A stretch of DNA of 64,000 nucleotides, from positions 1,954 to 65,953 of the forward strand of contig JBMYUJ010000004.1 of NCBI GenBank assembly GCA_049605255.1, written 5' to 3'. Source of the stretch: Magnetospiraceae bacterium. GTDB lineage: Bacteria > Pseudomonadota > Alphaproteobacteria > Rhodospirillales > JBMYUJ01. The notes beneath the pieces are model-generated. The model did not search any database, had not been told where the DNA came from, and saw nothing but the letters and a program-made list of their open reading frames with translations. Positions 27,692-36,274 of this stretch are shown here, piece by piece (position 1 is the first letter of the stretch; each line of letters starts with the position of its first letter). The position numbers and the translations under genes were made by a program.

Positions 27692-29214
27692 TGGCGCTTG
27701 CCCCTCGATTGGAACTGCGCCAGGCACAGACCCTGGTGATGACGCCGCAATTGCAGCAGGCGATCAAGATGCTGCAATTGTCCAATCTGGATCTGGCCGC
27801 CTATGTGGACCAGGAGCTGGAGCGCAACCCGCTGTTGGAACGGGCTGATCCGGAAGGCGGCAGCGATGCGGCCCCCCGGGAAGAGCGGGAATCCGTGGCC
27901 ACCGAACCCATGTTGGAAGCCGTGGACCTGACCACCGGGCGGGATGCCGGCGACGTTGCCGAGCAGGCGCTGGATGTGGATGTGGACAACCAGTTCAACA
28001 ATGATTCCGATGCCGGTGGCCCCACCCCGGCCGACGGTGGCACCGATAGTACGCTTTGGCGCGAGGGCGGCGGCGGCTATGACGGCGAGGTCGGGCCGGG
28101 CCTGGAACAGACCCTGTCTTCGGAAACCAACCTGCGCGAACATCTGCTGAGCCAGATCGGCATGGAAATTACCGACCCGGGCGACCGCATCATTGCCGCG
28201 TTCTTGTTGGAACAATTGGATGAATGCGGCTATTTCACCGGCGATCTGGAGGCCATCGCCCAGCAGATCGGCGCTGATCCAACGCGGGTGACCGGCGTGC
28301 TGATACGCCTGCAACATTTTGATCCGCCGGGAATTTTCGCCCGCAATTTAGCGGAATGCCTGGCCATCCAATTGGCGGAGCGGGATCGTTTGGACCCGGC
28401 GATGCAAAAATTCTTGGAGAATCTGCCGCTGTTGGCCCGGCGGGATTACCGCGCCCTGGCCCGGCTTTGCGGGGTCGACGAGGACGATGTGTTCGACATG
28501 GCCGCAGAAATCCGCGCGTTGGACCCCCGCCCCGCCCAAGCCTGGGATGCGGTGGTTGCCGCGCCCGTGATCCCCGATGTTCTGATGCGCGCCGATGGCA
28601 AAGGCGGTTGGATCGTGGAATTGAACCAGGATACCCTGCCCCGCGTACTGGTGAACAACAGCTATATGGCGGAAATTTCCGGCTCTGCCCGTACGCGGGA
28701 AGATAAAAAATATATCGCGGACTGCCTGCAATCTGCCAATTGGCTGGTCCGGGCCCTGCATCAGCGGGCGACCACCATTCTCAAGGTAGCCACCGAAATC
28801 GTGAAATTGCAGGACGGGTTCTTCCTCAAAGGGGTGGAGGGGTTGCGCCCCTTGGTCTTGCGCGATGTGGCCGATGCCATCGAGATGCATGAAAGTACGG
28901 TCAGCCGCGTGACCAACAATAAATTTATTGCCACCCCCCGGGGCCTGTTTGAGTTGAAATATTTTTTCACCACCGCGTTGGGCAATGCGGATGGCGGCGC
29001 CATGCATTCCGCCGAGGCCGTCCGGCACCGGATCAAAACCCTGGTGGATGGAGAACCCGCAAGCAAAGTCTTGTCTGACGACCGGATCGTTGGGATACTA
29101 AGGGGAGAGGGAATCGACATTGCACGACGTACGGTCGCGAAATATCGGGAGGCTTTGGGTATACCTTCCTCCGTGCAGCGTCGGCGTGAAAAAGCGGTAA
29201 GGCAAAGCCGCTGA
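27691..29214 (+). CDS. rpoN: RNA polymerase sigma-54 factor
   Basis: 507 aa. Region I is [35 protein letters not shown]. The C-terminus has the HTH and the RpoN box (ARRTVAKYREALGIPSS). The ATG shares one nt with the lptB TAA. Confidence 0.95.
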   Translation: MALAPRLELRQAQTLVMTPQLQQAIKMLQLSNLDLAAYVDQELERNPLLERADPEGGSDAAPREERESVATEPMLEAVDLTTGRDAGDVAEQALDVDVDNQFNNDSDAGGPTPADGGTDSTLWREGGGGYDGEVGPGLEQTLSSETNLREHLLSQIGMEITDPGDRIIAAFLLEQLDECGYFTGDLEAIAQQIGADPTRVTGVLIRLQHFDPPGIFARNLAECLAIQLAERDRLDPAMQKFLENLPLLARRDYRALARLCGVDEDDVFDMAAEIRALDPRPAQAWDAVVAAPVIPDVLMRADGKGGWIVELNQDTLPRVLVNNSYMAEISGSARTREDKKYIADCLQSANWLVRALHQRATTILKVATEIVKLQDGFFLKGVEGLRPLVLRDVADAIEMHESTVSRVTNNKFIATPRGLFELKYFFTTALGNADGGAMHSAEAVRHRIKTLVDGEPASKVLSDDRIVGILRGEGIDIARRTVAKYREALGIPSSVQRRREKAVRQSR

Positions 29215-29396
29215 CCACAGGAAGGTAAAAACGGCTTTTTGTTGACTTGAGGGCGCCGCCGGCTCTAGTTTCCGGCACCCCCGGATAATTGACACGGGCG
29301 ATTGGAATATCGCTAAGGCCATATCGGTTAACAGGCGCGCGCGCCGCATTTGTTTTGATCGCGGCGGATCCGCTGTCGAACCATGGGAAGATCCGA

Positions 29397-29972
29397 ATGG
29401 ACATTACGGTTAAAGGTAAAAACCTCGACGTTGGGGATGCGCTGCGCGGTCATGTGACCGATGCCATCGAAACCGGCGTTTCCAAGCTTTTCACCAATCC
29501 TTTGGAAGGATCGGTGACGTTTTCCAAAGAAGCCCATAATTTCAAAGTGGATATCTCTGTGCATGTGGGGCGGGATATCCTGATTCAAGGCACCGGGGCC
29601 GGGGGCGACCCCTATGGCGCTTTCGACGGCGGCATGGACCGGATTGCCAAGCAGTTGCGCCGGTACAAGCGACGCTTGGTCACCCGCATGCGCGATGCCA
29701 ATCCGAAAGAGGATGCCATCGCCGCACAGCAATATTTGATTGCGCCGGAAGAAGACGATGTGGAACAGCCCGAAGGGCATGAACCCACCATCGTCGCGGA
29801 AATGCGCACCGTAATCCCGACGTTGACCGTCGGCGAGGCGGTGATGCATATGGACCTGACCAACCACCCGGTGGTGATGTTCCGCAATAGCGGCCATGGG
29901 GGGTTGAATGTGGTGTACCGGCGCGAAGACGGCCATGTCGGTTGGATCGACCCCGAATTGGCCGGCAAGTAA
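29397..29972 (+). CDS. hpf: Ribosome hibernation promoting factor (long HPF / sigma-54 modulation protein)
   Basis: From ATG 29397: MDITVKGKNLDVGDALRGHVTDAI.... About 191 aa with the C-terminal dimerisation-domain pattern, in the conserved position after rpoN. Confidence 0.9.
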   Translation: MDITVKGKNLDVGDALRGHVTDAIETGVSKLFTNPLEGSVTFSKEAHNFKVDISVHVGRDILIQGTGAGGDPYGAFDGGMDRIAKQLRRYKRRLVTRMRDANPKEDAIAAQQYLIAPEEDDVEQPEGHEPTIVAEMRTVIPTLTVGEAVMHMDLTNHPVVMFRNSGHGGLNVVYRREDGHVGWIDPELAGK

Positions 29973-30001
29973 CCATCTGGAACCATTACTGGGACCTCTT
30001 T

Positions 30002-30466
30002 ATGGAACTCTCCGATCTTTTGACGCCTGATGCGGTCATCGCCAATCTGCGTGTGAGCAGCAAGAAGCAAGCTCTGCAGGAACTGGCACGCCGTGCCGCG
30101 ACGCTTTCCGAACAGCATGAGCGCACCATTTTCGATACCTTGTTGGAACGGGAACGCCTTGGCACCACCGGCGTCGGCAATGGCATTGCCATTCCGCATG
30201 GCAAGCTGTCGGGCATTGACCGGCTGTATGCAGTGTTCGCGCGGCTGGAACGGCCGATCGATTTTGATGCCATCGATGATCAGCCGGTGGATTTGATTTT
30301 CCTGCTGCTGGCGCCGGAATCCGCCGGGGCGGATCACCTCAAAGCGTTGGCGCGGGTCTCCCGTCTGCTACGGGATGCGGCGGTCTGTGAAAAGTTGCGC
30401 GGGGCCAGCAAGGCAGAGGCGCTTTATGCCCTTCTGACCGAGGACACCTCCAGCCGGGCGGCCTGA
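30002..30466 (+). CDS. ptsN: PTS IIA-like nitrogen regulatory protein PtsN (EIIA-Ntr)
   Basis: From ATG 30002: MELSDLLTPDAVIANLRVSSKKQALQEL...GVGNGIAIPHGKL (active-site His) ...DLIFLLLAP. 154 aa. Confidence 0.9.
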   Translation: MELSDLLTPDAVIANLRVSSKKQALQELARRAATLSEQHERTIFDTLLERERLGTTGVGNGIAIPHGKLSGIDRLYAVFARLERPIDFDAIDDQPVDLIFLLLAPESAGADHLKALARVSRLLRDAAVCEKLRGASKAEALYALLTEDTSSRAA

Positions 30467-30481
30467 TACCGCCGCAACGGC

Positions 30482-30937
30482 CTACCCTTCAATGGTTTTT
30501 GTTTCCCCGGCTTCATCGGCTTCATCGGCATTGTCGATGGGGATGGAGCGTACTTGCGTTTCCGGTACGGGCCGTTCCAGGTCCACATGCAGCAGCCCGT
30601 TCTTGAGCTGCGCGCCGACCACCTGCATGCCTTCCGCCAGCACGAACGCGCGCTGGAATTGCCGCGACGCGATCCCCCGATGCAAGAAAACCCGGTTGCT
30701 TTCGTCTTCGCGGCTGCGGCCCCGAATTTTCAACTGGTTGGCTTCTTCCGTCACCTCCAGATCGGCATCGGAAAAACCGGCCACGGCCAGCGTGATCCGC
30801 AAGCGGTTTTCGCCAATCTGCTCGATATTATAGGGCGGGTAGCCTTCGCCGGATGTCTTTGCGATCCGGTCCAGCATCTGTTCAAAATGATCGAAACCCA
30901 ATAGTAGCGGGTTATTGAATCCACTCATGCGGCTCAT
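30482..30937 (-). CDS. Hsp20/alpha-crystallin small heat-shock protein
   Basis: 151 aa: PPYNIEQIGENRLRITLAVAGFSDADLEVTEEANQLKIRGR...FQRAFVLAEGMQVVGAQLKNGLLHVDL, the IbpA/HspA pattern. A strong SD, AGGAGGAGG, lies upstream. Confidence 0.9.
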   Translation of the reverse strand: MSRMSGFNNPLLLGFDHFEQMLDRIAKTSGEGYPPYNIEQIGENRLRITLAVAGFSDADLEVTEEANQLKIRGRSREDESNRVFLHRGIASRQFQRAFVLAEGMQVVGAQLKNGLLHVDLERPVPETQVRSIPIDNADEADEAGETKTIEG

Positions 30938-31045
30938 GACGCGTCCTCCTCCTTTGGCCGAGCGAGTCCGGCAACGGCCCCGTTTCCGGGCAACCTTTTA
31001 GCCAGGGGCCGGAAAGCATCCGCGATCCCCAGCGTTCTCCTAATG
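30938..31045 (-). promoter_or_regulatory. Putative ROSE-like RNA thermometer / 5' UTR of hsp20
   Basis: The minus strand reads ...GGACUCGCUCGGCCAAAGGAGGAGGACGCGUCAUG. CUC-G-CUC (30966..30960) can pair with GAGGAG of the SD (30951..30946), leaving a bulged G. The 5' arm contains UCGCU, which matches the U(U/C)GCU motif known for ROSE-type thermometers. Further GC hairpins lie upstream, with TTGACG about 120 nt upstream of the ATG. Confidence 0.4.
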
Positions 31046-31092
31046 TCGTCTCGTGGGCGACCGTCGTCAAGTCGTAGGGGGCAACGAAAGGC

Positions 31093-31431
31093 TTATAGAA
31101 TGTCGAGCACGCTTTCCGGCGGCCGCCCAAGAGCGGCTTTATCGCCCTTCACCACGATGGGCCGTTCAATCACCCGGGGATGCGCCACCATGGCAGCGAT
31201 CAGGGCATCTTCCGCCTGGTCTAAATCGATGCCTTCCTCCTTGGCTTCCTTCTTGCGCATGACTTGCTTGGCCGCGAGGCCCAGCTTGCCGAGAATGGCT
31301 TTGAATTCCGCCGCGCTGGGGGGCGTTTCCAGGTAGGCGACGATGGTGGGATCAACCCCGTTTTCTTGCAGCAATTGCAATGTTTGGCGGGATTTACTGC
31401 AGCGCGGATTATGGTAAATGGTGACGGTCAT
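31093..31431 (-). CDS. arsC: ArsC/Spx-family arsenate reductase (glutaredoxin-type)
   Basis: From ATG 31431: MTVTIYHNPRCSKSRQTLQLLQENGVDPTIVAYLETPPS...RPIVV. 112 aa with the catalytic Cys in the NPRCSKSR context. Confidence 0.8.
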   Translation of the reverse strand: MTVTIYHNPRCSKSRQTLQLLQENGVDPTIVAYLETPPSAAEFKAILGKLGLAAKQVMRKKEAKEEGIDLDQAEDALIAAMVAHPRVIERPIVVKGDKAALGRPPESVLDIL

Positions 31432-31529
31432 GGGATACCCCTCTTCCCTTCTGGAGCAATTTGCCGCAGTTTGTCCCCGCCCTGCGGGATTGGCAAGCCC
31501 CGCCGCATTGAAATTATTTTGGAGTTCCG

Positions 31530-32783
31530 ATGGCCGATTCCGTAACCGATGCCCTGACCGGCGCCGCCGATAGCACCACCAATACCGCCGCACCCGTCGA
31601 TGCCGCCGGGGCCGAGCAATCCGTTGCCATCGCCTGGCGAGAGCTGTGGCTGAAGGTCATGGAAGTATGGGAATTTGGTGTTTTCGGCGTCGATGTGGGT
31701 AAATTCGCCGTCGCCCTGTGTATTTTTATCGGTTTTTTGCTGATTCGCGGACTGCTGACTACGCTGATTACCCGAGTCCTGTATACCTGGGTCGCGAAGA
31801 TTCCGGGCCAGACCGATGATCGCATCCTGGATGCCATCGCGCCGCCCTTGCGGTTCGTGCCCGTGGTGATGGGTGTTTTCTTCGCTACCCAATATATGGA
31901 GCTGGAGGGCGGCATCGCCTTCCTGGTGGAGAAACTGGTCCTCACCCTCATCGCCTTTACCATTTTCTGGGCGTTGTACCGGGCCATGGACCCGCTGACC
32001 GTGGTGATCCACCGGTTGGAGCGGTTCGTGACCCCGGAAATCGTCGATTGGGTATCCCGCGCCACCAAGGGCCTGATCATTTTTGTGGGCGGCGCCTCCA
32101 TCCTGGAAATCTGGGGCATTCAGATCGCGCCGCTGTTGGCCGGTCTCGGCCTCTTTGGTGTGGCGGTGGCGCTGGGCGCTCAGGATTTGTTCAAGAACCT
32201 GATCTCCGGCATGCTGATCCTGGTGGAAAAGCGCTTCAAGAAAGGCGATTGGGTGCTGGTGGATGGCGTGGTGGAAGGCACGGTGGAATCCATCGGGTTC
32301 CGGTCCACCGTGGTGCGCCGCTTCGATAAGGCGCCGGTCTATGTGCCGAACTCCAAACTGTCCGATACGGCGGTCACCAATTTTTCCGAGATGACCTACC
32401 GGCGCATTTACTGGCTGATCGGGGTGGAATACCGCACCAGCATCGATCAGCTGCGGCAAATCCGCGATGGCATCGAACAGTATGTGTTGAACGACAAAGC
32501 CTTCGTGGCCCCCACCAAGGCGGCCACCTTCGTGCGCATCGATCGGTTCTCCGATTCCTCCATCGATATCATGCTCTATTGCTTCACCCGCACCACCAAC
32601 TGGGGTAAATGGCTGGAGATCAAGGAACAACTCGCCTATCGGATCATGGAGATTGTCGAAGGCGCGGGGGCCGGTTTCGCCTTCCCCAGCCAGTCTCTGT
32701 ATATCGAAACCGTGCCCGGCGAACGCCCGGAGCCGTTCACGCCGCCATCGGAAAAAGCCATTTCGGCCCCGGCCGAAACTTAA
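31530..32783 (+). CDS. Mechanosensitive ion channel family protein (MscS-like)
   Basis: 417 aa with N-terminal TM helices, then the MscS core (LGAQDLFKNLISGMLILVEKRFKKGDWVLVDGVVEGTVESIGFRSTVVRRFDKAPVYVPNS). Confidence 0.85.
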   Translation: MADSVTDALTGAADSTTNTAAPVDAAGAEQSVAIAWRELWLKVMEVWEFGVFGVDVGKFAVALCIFIGFLLIRGLLTTLITRVLYTWVAKIPGQTDDRILDAIAPPLRFVPVVMGVFFATQYMELEGGIAFLVEKLVLTLIAFTIFWALYRAMDPLTVVIHRLERFVTPEIVDWVSRATKGLIIFVGGASILEIWGIQIAPLLAGLGLFGVAVALGAQDLFKNLISGMLILVEKRFKKGDWVLVDGVVEGTVESIGFRSTVVRRFDKAPVYVPNSKLSDTAVTNFSEMTYRRIYWLIGVEYRTSIDQLRQIRDGIEQYVLNDKAFVAPTKAATFVRIDRFSDSSIDIMLYCFTRTTNWGKWLEIKEQLAYRIMEIVEGAGAGFAFPSQSLYIETVPGERPEPFTPPSEKAISAPAET

Positions 32784-33448
32784 GGCTGCGCCCAGAGCCG
32801 GAACAGGCGGTAATACGCGCCCAGGAAAGTTTCCGTTTCCGGGCTGTCGGGCGCGGTCGTTACATAGTGATGATGCAGGCGTTGGAAATCACCGAGGATG
32901 CCGCGCCGATGCGGGTCAGCCACCAGGCTTTGAATCCATAACACCGCCGTCATGCGCGCCCCCCGGGTGACCGGTGCGACCCGGTGCGGCGTGCCCGTGG
33001 TATAGGCCACCGCCGACCCGGCGGGCAGTTTGATGGCCTGTTCGCCGCCCTCCAGATCCAGGACCAATTCGCCCCCTGTGTAATGTGCGGGGTCGGACAG
33101 GAACAGGGTGACCGAGATATCGCTGCGCATGGCGCTGGCGCCCAGCAGCGGGTTATCCACATGTTGGGGATAGCCCATGCCCGGTTCGTAGCGGCTGAAA
33201 ATGGGCGCGGAATAATGGCGGGGCAGGGCGTAGTCCGAAAGGGCCCGCTGGTCCGACAAGGCCGCCACGATCAGCCGTTCCGCCTGTTCCGCGCCGGCGC
33301 TGTTTTCCCGGTCCATTTCCAGGTTGCGTTTGCCGCGCGCGGCGGCCCCGGTGGTCGCGGCGCCATCCCGAAAGACGGCGGCTTGCAGGAACCGCTCCAG
33401 TGCGCCCAGATGTTCCGTCGTCAAAACCTGATCGAGGAGGAGAACCAT
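32780..33448 (-). CDS. Fe(II)/2-oxoglutarate-dependent PKHD-type hydroxylase (PiuC/YbiX family)
   Basis: 222 aa. The N-terminus aligns by eye with E. coli YbiX (…FRDGAATTGAAARGKRNLEM…). It has the HxD...H facial triad (YPQHVDNP...GTPHRV). It starts 4 nt after the caspase-gene stop. Confidence 0.8.
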   Translation of the reverse strand: MVLLLDQVLTTEHLGALERFLQAAVFRDGAATTGAAARGKRNLEMDRENSAGAEQAERLIVAALSDQRALSDYALPRHYSAPIFSRYEPGMGYPQHVDNPLLGASAMRSDISVTLFLSDPAHYTGGELVLDLEGGEQAIKLPAGSAVAYTTGTPHRVAPVTRGARMTAVLWIQSLVADPHRRGILGDFQRLHHHYVTTAPDSPETETFLGAYYRLFRLWAQP

Positions 33449-33452
33449 GGCG

Positions 33453-35285
33453 CTACAGGTTGTTCATCAGGAACCGGTGCACGAATTCCCGTGCGTCCCG
33501 GGCGGATCGGTCCGAGGTGATGTCCAAAACACCGTCCTCCAGGGCAATCGCCCGTTCTGCCGCGAACCCACAGCGAATTTTCGAGATTTGTTTGGCAATG
33601 GCATCCCGCGCCACCGGATGGCGGCAGAGGTTGGCGACCGGCGCGGTCCAGGCCTCGCACCATTTGGCGGCATCCGTCTCGCTCGGGGCGATCTCGTCCC
33701 AGGCCATGTCGAGGGCCAGGGCGGACCCACAGGCCGTATTGATCTCCGTCTCCACGGCCTTCAATGCCTGTTCATGGGTCTGGCGCAGGCGCAGTGCCGT
33801 GATGGACCGGCTTTCCAGCGCTTCTTGAATCCGGTAGGAGGAGGGGCGCCCGGCCAACCCGGCGGCGGGGGAGATGGCAAGGGTCAGAGTGTCCCCGTCA
33901 TAGGTCGCCCCGGAAGCCGCCGAAATCGTAAACGCCATCCCCTTCAATTCGGTGGCCAGGATCGGCTGGGCATCGGGATCGGCGGCCAACCGTTCCACGG
34001 CGGTTTCCACATGGCCCAGACCGTCGGCGATCAGCCCCCAGGCGCGTTCCGGCAAGGGGGGATCGGCGGGCGGCAGGGTGATGGGCACGGTCTGCCCTAA
34101 CAGGGTTTGCAAGGCATCGGCGGTCTGCTCCGCTGTGGCTTTTGTCTGCTCGGCGGACAGCCGGTCCGGCCGCAAGGTATCGGCGCCGCCGTCCCGCGAC
34201 ACGGGCACCAGGCCCCGCCCGGGGATCCAGGCGGTCAGGTCGCCTTCCAAACTGGCGCGGACCATCACTTGGCCGTCATCCCGGCTGAACGCCGTATCCC
34301 GCCCGCCCGTGTCGACGGAGAGCGCCAGAATTTCTCCATCGCCATCCACCACAAGGGCGGGCACATCGCCGCTGCGATCCAGCGCGAATCCATACAGCCC
34401 GTCACCGGTGGAATAATGGCCAAGCCGCCGCCGGCCCTCCGCCGTGCCCACGCCCCGGGTCGCGCCTGGGCTGAACTGCCGCCCGATGATGGCCGCCACC
34501 TCTGCCGGTTTCGGTGTCGCCGCCGCAGCATTGGCCGCGGTGGGATGGAAAAACAGGTCGCCTGTCAGAGACGTGGTCTCCCACGGAATCTGGAAGTCGC
34601 CGGATTTTTCCGCCACTGCCGTGCGCACCCGCTTGAAGGCTTCCTCCACCGGGATATCGGGGATCGCCATGGCCTTCACCAGTTCGCCGGTATAAAGGCC
34701 GTTATCCCCCTCCCCATCCAGGGCCACGTTGCCGGGCGCGGTGGCATAGGCGATCAGCGTGCCCACCGGCGCATCGATGGACGCCAACCCTTGCGAGGCG
34801 GAGCGGAAACTGCGGGCAAAGGGATTGTTCCGGCAGGCATCCAAAATCACCACGTTCAGGCCGTTATTGGCCGCTTCCATGCGGGCCAACACATTGGAAA
34901 TATCCACCCCTTCGATGGGCACTTCTTCCTCGGATTCGATGATCGCATCCACCGGGATCAGGAAGTTCCGCCCCTCCACCTGCACCCCATGCCCGGCGTA
35001 ATAGAACAGGCCGAATCCCTGGGTCGCGCGCAGTACCCGGCCGAAATCCAGCACCGCCCGGCGGATATCCCGCTGGGTGCCGTTTTCCAGCACGATGACC
35101 TCGAAGCCCAATTCCGCCAGCACGGCGGTCATGGCGCGCACGTCATTTTTCGGATTGCGCAAGGGGGCGGACTCATAGGTCCAATTTCCGATCACCAGGG
35201 CGACACGCGCCTGGGTTTCCGCGGCCAGGGCGGGGCGAAAGGCCAACAACATCAAGAGACACAAGACGGCGAAACGCGATACCAT
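33453..35285 (-). CDS. Secreted caspase-family (peptidase C14) protein with a ~340-aa uncharacterised C-terminal region
   Basis: 610 aa with a signal peptide (MVSRFAVLCLLMLLAFRPALAAE). The C14 core has the His-Cys dyad contexts LFYYAGHGVQ and VVILDACRNNPF. I recognise nothing in the remainder. Confidence 0.8.
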   Translation of the reverse strand: MVSRFAVLCLLMLLAFRPALAAETQARVALVIGNWTYESAPLRNPKNDVRAMTAVLAELGFEVIVLENGTQRDIRRAVLDFGRVLRATQGFGLFYYAGHGVQVEGRNFLIPVDAIIESEEEVPIEGVDISNVLARMEAANNGLNVVILDACRNNPFARSFRSASQGLASIDAPVGTLIAYATAPGNVALDGEGDNGLYTGELVKAMAIPDIPVEEAFKRVRTAVAEKSGDFQIPWETTSLTGDLFFHPTAANAAAATPKPAEVAAIIGRQFSPGATRGVGTAEGRRRLGHYSTGDGLYGFALDRSGDVPALVVDGDGEILALSVDTGGRDTAFSRDDGQVMVRASLEGDLTAWIPGRGLVPVSRDGGADTLRPDRLSAEQTKATAEQTADALQTLLGQTVPITLPPADPPLPERAWGLIADGLGHVETAVERLAADPDAQPILATELKGMAFTISAASGATYDGDTLTLAISPAAGLAGRPSSYRIQEALESRSITALRLRQTHEQALKAVETEINTACGSALALDMAWDEIAPSETDAAKWCEAWTAPVANLCRHPVARDAIAKQISKIRCGFAAERAIALEDGVLDITSDRSARDAREFVHRFLMNNL

Positions 35286-35346
35286 GCCCAGCTTTCCGCT
35301 TTTCCGGCGACGATCGGTTCCCTACAATGCACCAGGCTTTGGCATC

Positions 35347-36147
35347 ATGGCAATGGCGATGCGCGCGGGACTATTCCTCTTATTTGGTCTGATGGTGGCG
35401 ATAACGCCGCCCGCCGCCGCGCAGGAAAAATATACCGTCGAGGATCTGCAATGGCTGGCCGAGGAACAATCCTGGGAAGAACTGGCCGCCCATTTACGGG
35501 ATCTCCGCCCCTCGCAACGGGATGACCGCTGGCAGGCCTGGGCGGTGGCGGCGGGCATTGGATTGTTGGATCAGACCGCTGCCGGGGGCGATCCGGCGGC
35601 CACCTTCAGCCTCGCCCAAGAGCTTTGGAAACAACTCTCCACCTTGCGCAAATCCCCCGAGTTCAAGGCCAAGCGGGCCGCCGTGGCGCTGCAGTTCTAC
35701 GAACGCTGCTACCAGGAAGATAAAGACCGGGATGGCTGCCTCGCCGGGCTGACCGCCTTCGTGCAAGACTATGCCGATCGCCCGGAAACCGTTTTTGCGG
35801 CGGGGAAACTCTCCCGGCGGTATATCCGCGATGAATATCTGATCGGGCTCTATGGCGTGGTGGTGCCGGAGGCCAATAGCCCGGCCTGCGCCGATGCGGC
35901 CCTCGCCAAGGTGGTGCTGGCGACCCTCAGCCGCAATGAAACCCGCGCGCCGCAAAGCCAGGTGGTGGCGGCGCAGGAAATCGCCTTTCAGCGCTGTTGG
36001 GCGGCTTTGGAAAAGCCGCTGCTGGCCGCCTTTGCCGATGATTTCCCCGGCGCGCCGCTGCACGCGCGGGCCTGTCCGGGGTTGATGGAGAAAGGCGCCC
36101 TCACCGGCATGCGCGCCGCGCTTTGCAGCTATCTCGCGGCGAATTAA
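35347..36147 (+). CDS. Hypothetical secreted protein (Cys-containing, helical-looking)
   Basis: ORF 35284..36147. The ATG at 35347 gives a signal peptide, MAMAMRAGLFLLFGLMVAITPPAAAQE. No family recognised. It is divergent from the caspase gene. Confidence 0.5.
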   Translation: MAMAMRAGLFLLFGLMVAITPPAAAQEKYTVEDLQWLAEEQSWEELAAHLRDLRPSQRDDRWQAWAVAAGIGLLDQTAAGGDPAATFSLAQELWKQLSTLRKSPEFKAKRAAVALQFYERCYQEDKDRDGCLAGLTAFVQDYADRPETVFAAGKLSRRYIRDEYLIGLYGVVVPEANSPACADAALAKVVLATLSRNETRAPQSQVVAAQEIAFQRCWAALEKPLLAAFADDFPGAPLHARACPGLMEKGALTGMRAALCSYLAAN

Positions 36148-36183
36148 GGTTTCTGTTTATCGGGAATCGAGCCTTTCCCCTCT

Positions 36184-36260
36184 CGTCACCCCCGGGCCTA
36201 GACCCGGGGGTCCATCTTCCCGCCGACTCCTGGATTGCCGGGTCACGCCCGGCAATGACC
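36184..36260. repeat. REP-like GC-rich double-hairpin element between convergent genes. Likely a bidirectional terminator or intergenic repeat.
   Basis: Hairpin 1 is ACCCCCGGG (36188..36196) / CCCGGGGGT (36203..36211). Hairpin 2 is ATTGCCGGG (36234..36242) / CCCGGCAAT (36248..36256). Both have perfect 9-bp stems. The overall layout, GTCAC...hairpin...TCCA..TGGA...hairpin...ATGAC, resembles intergenic palindromic repeats I recall from other alphaproteobacteria. Confidence 0.5.
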
Positions 36261-36274
36261 CCAGCAGGTTGGTC

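Noticed and set aside
29215-29396. Possible rpoN terminator (AAAGCCG...CGGCTTTTTGTT) and TTGACA-type promoter upstream of hpf
   Set aside because: The stem is only 7 bp with a loop of about 20 nt, and the -10 elements are poor. The evidence is too weak to annotate without transcript-end data.
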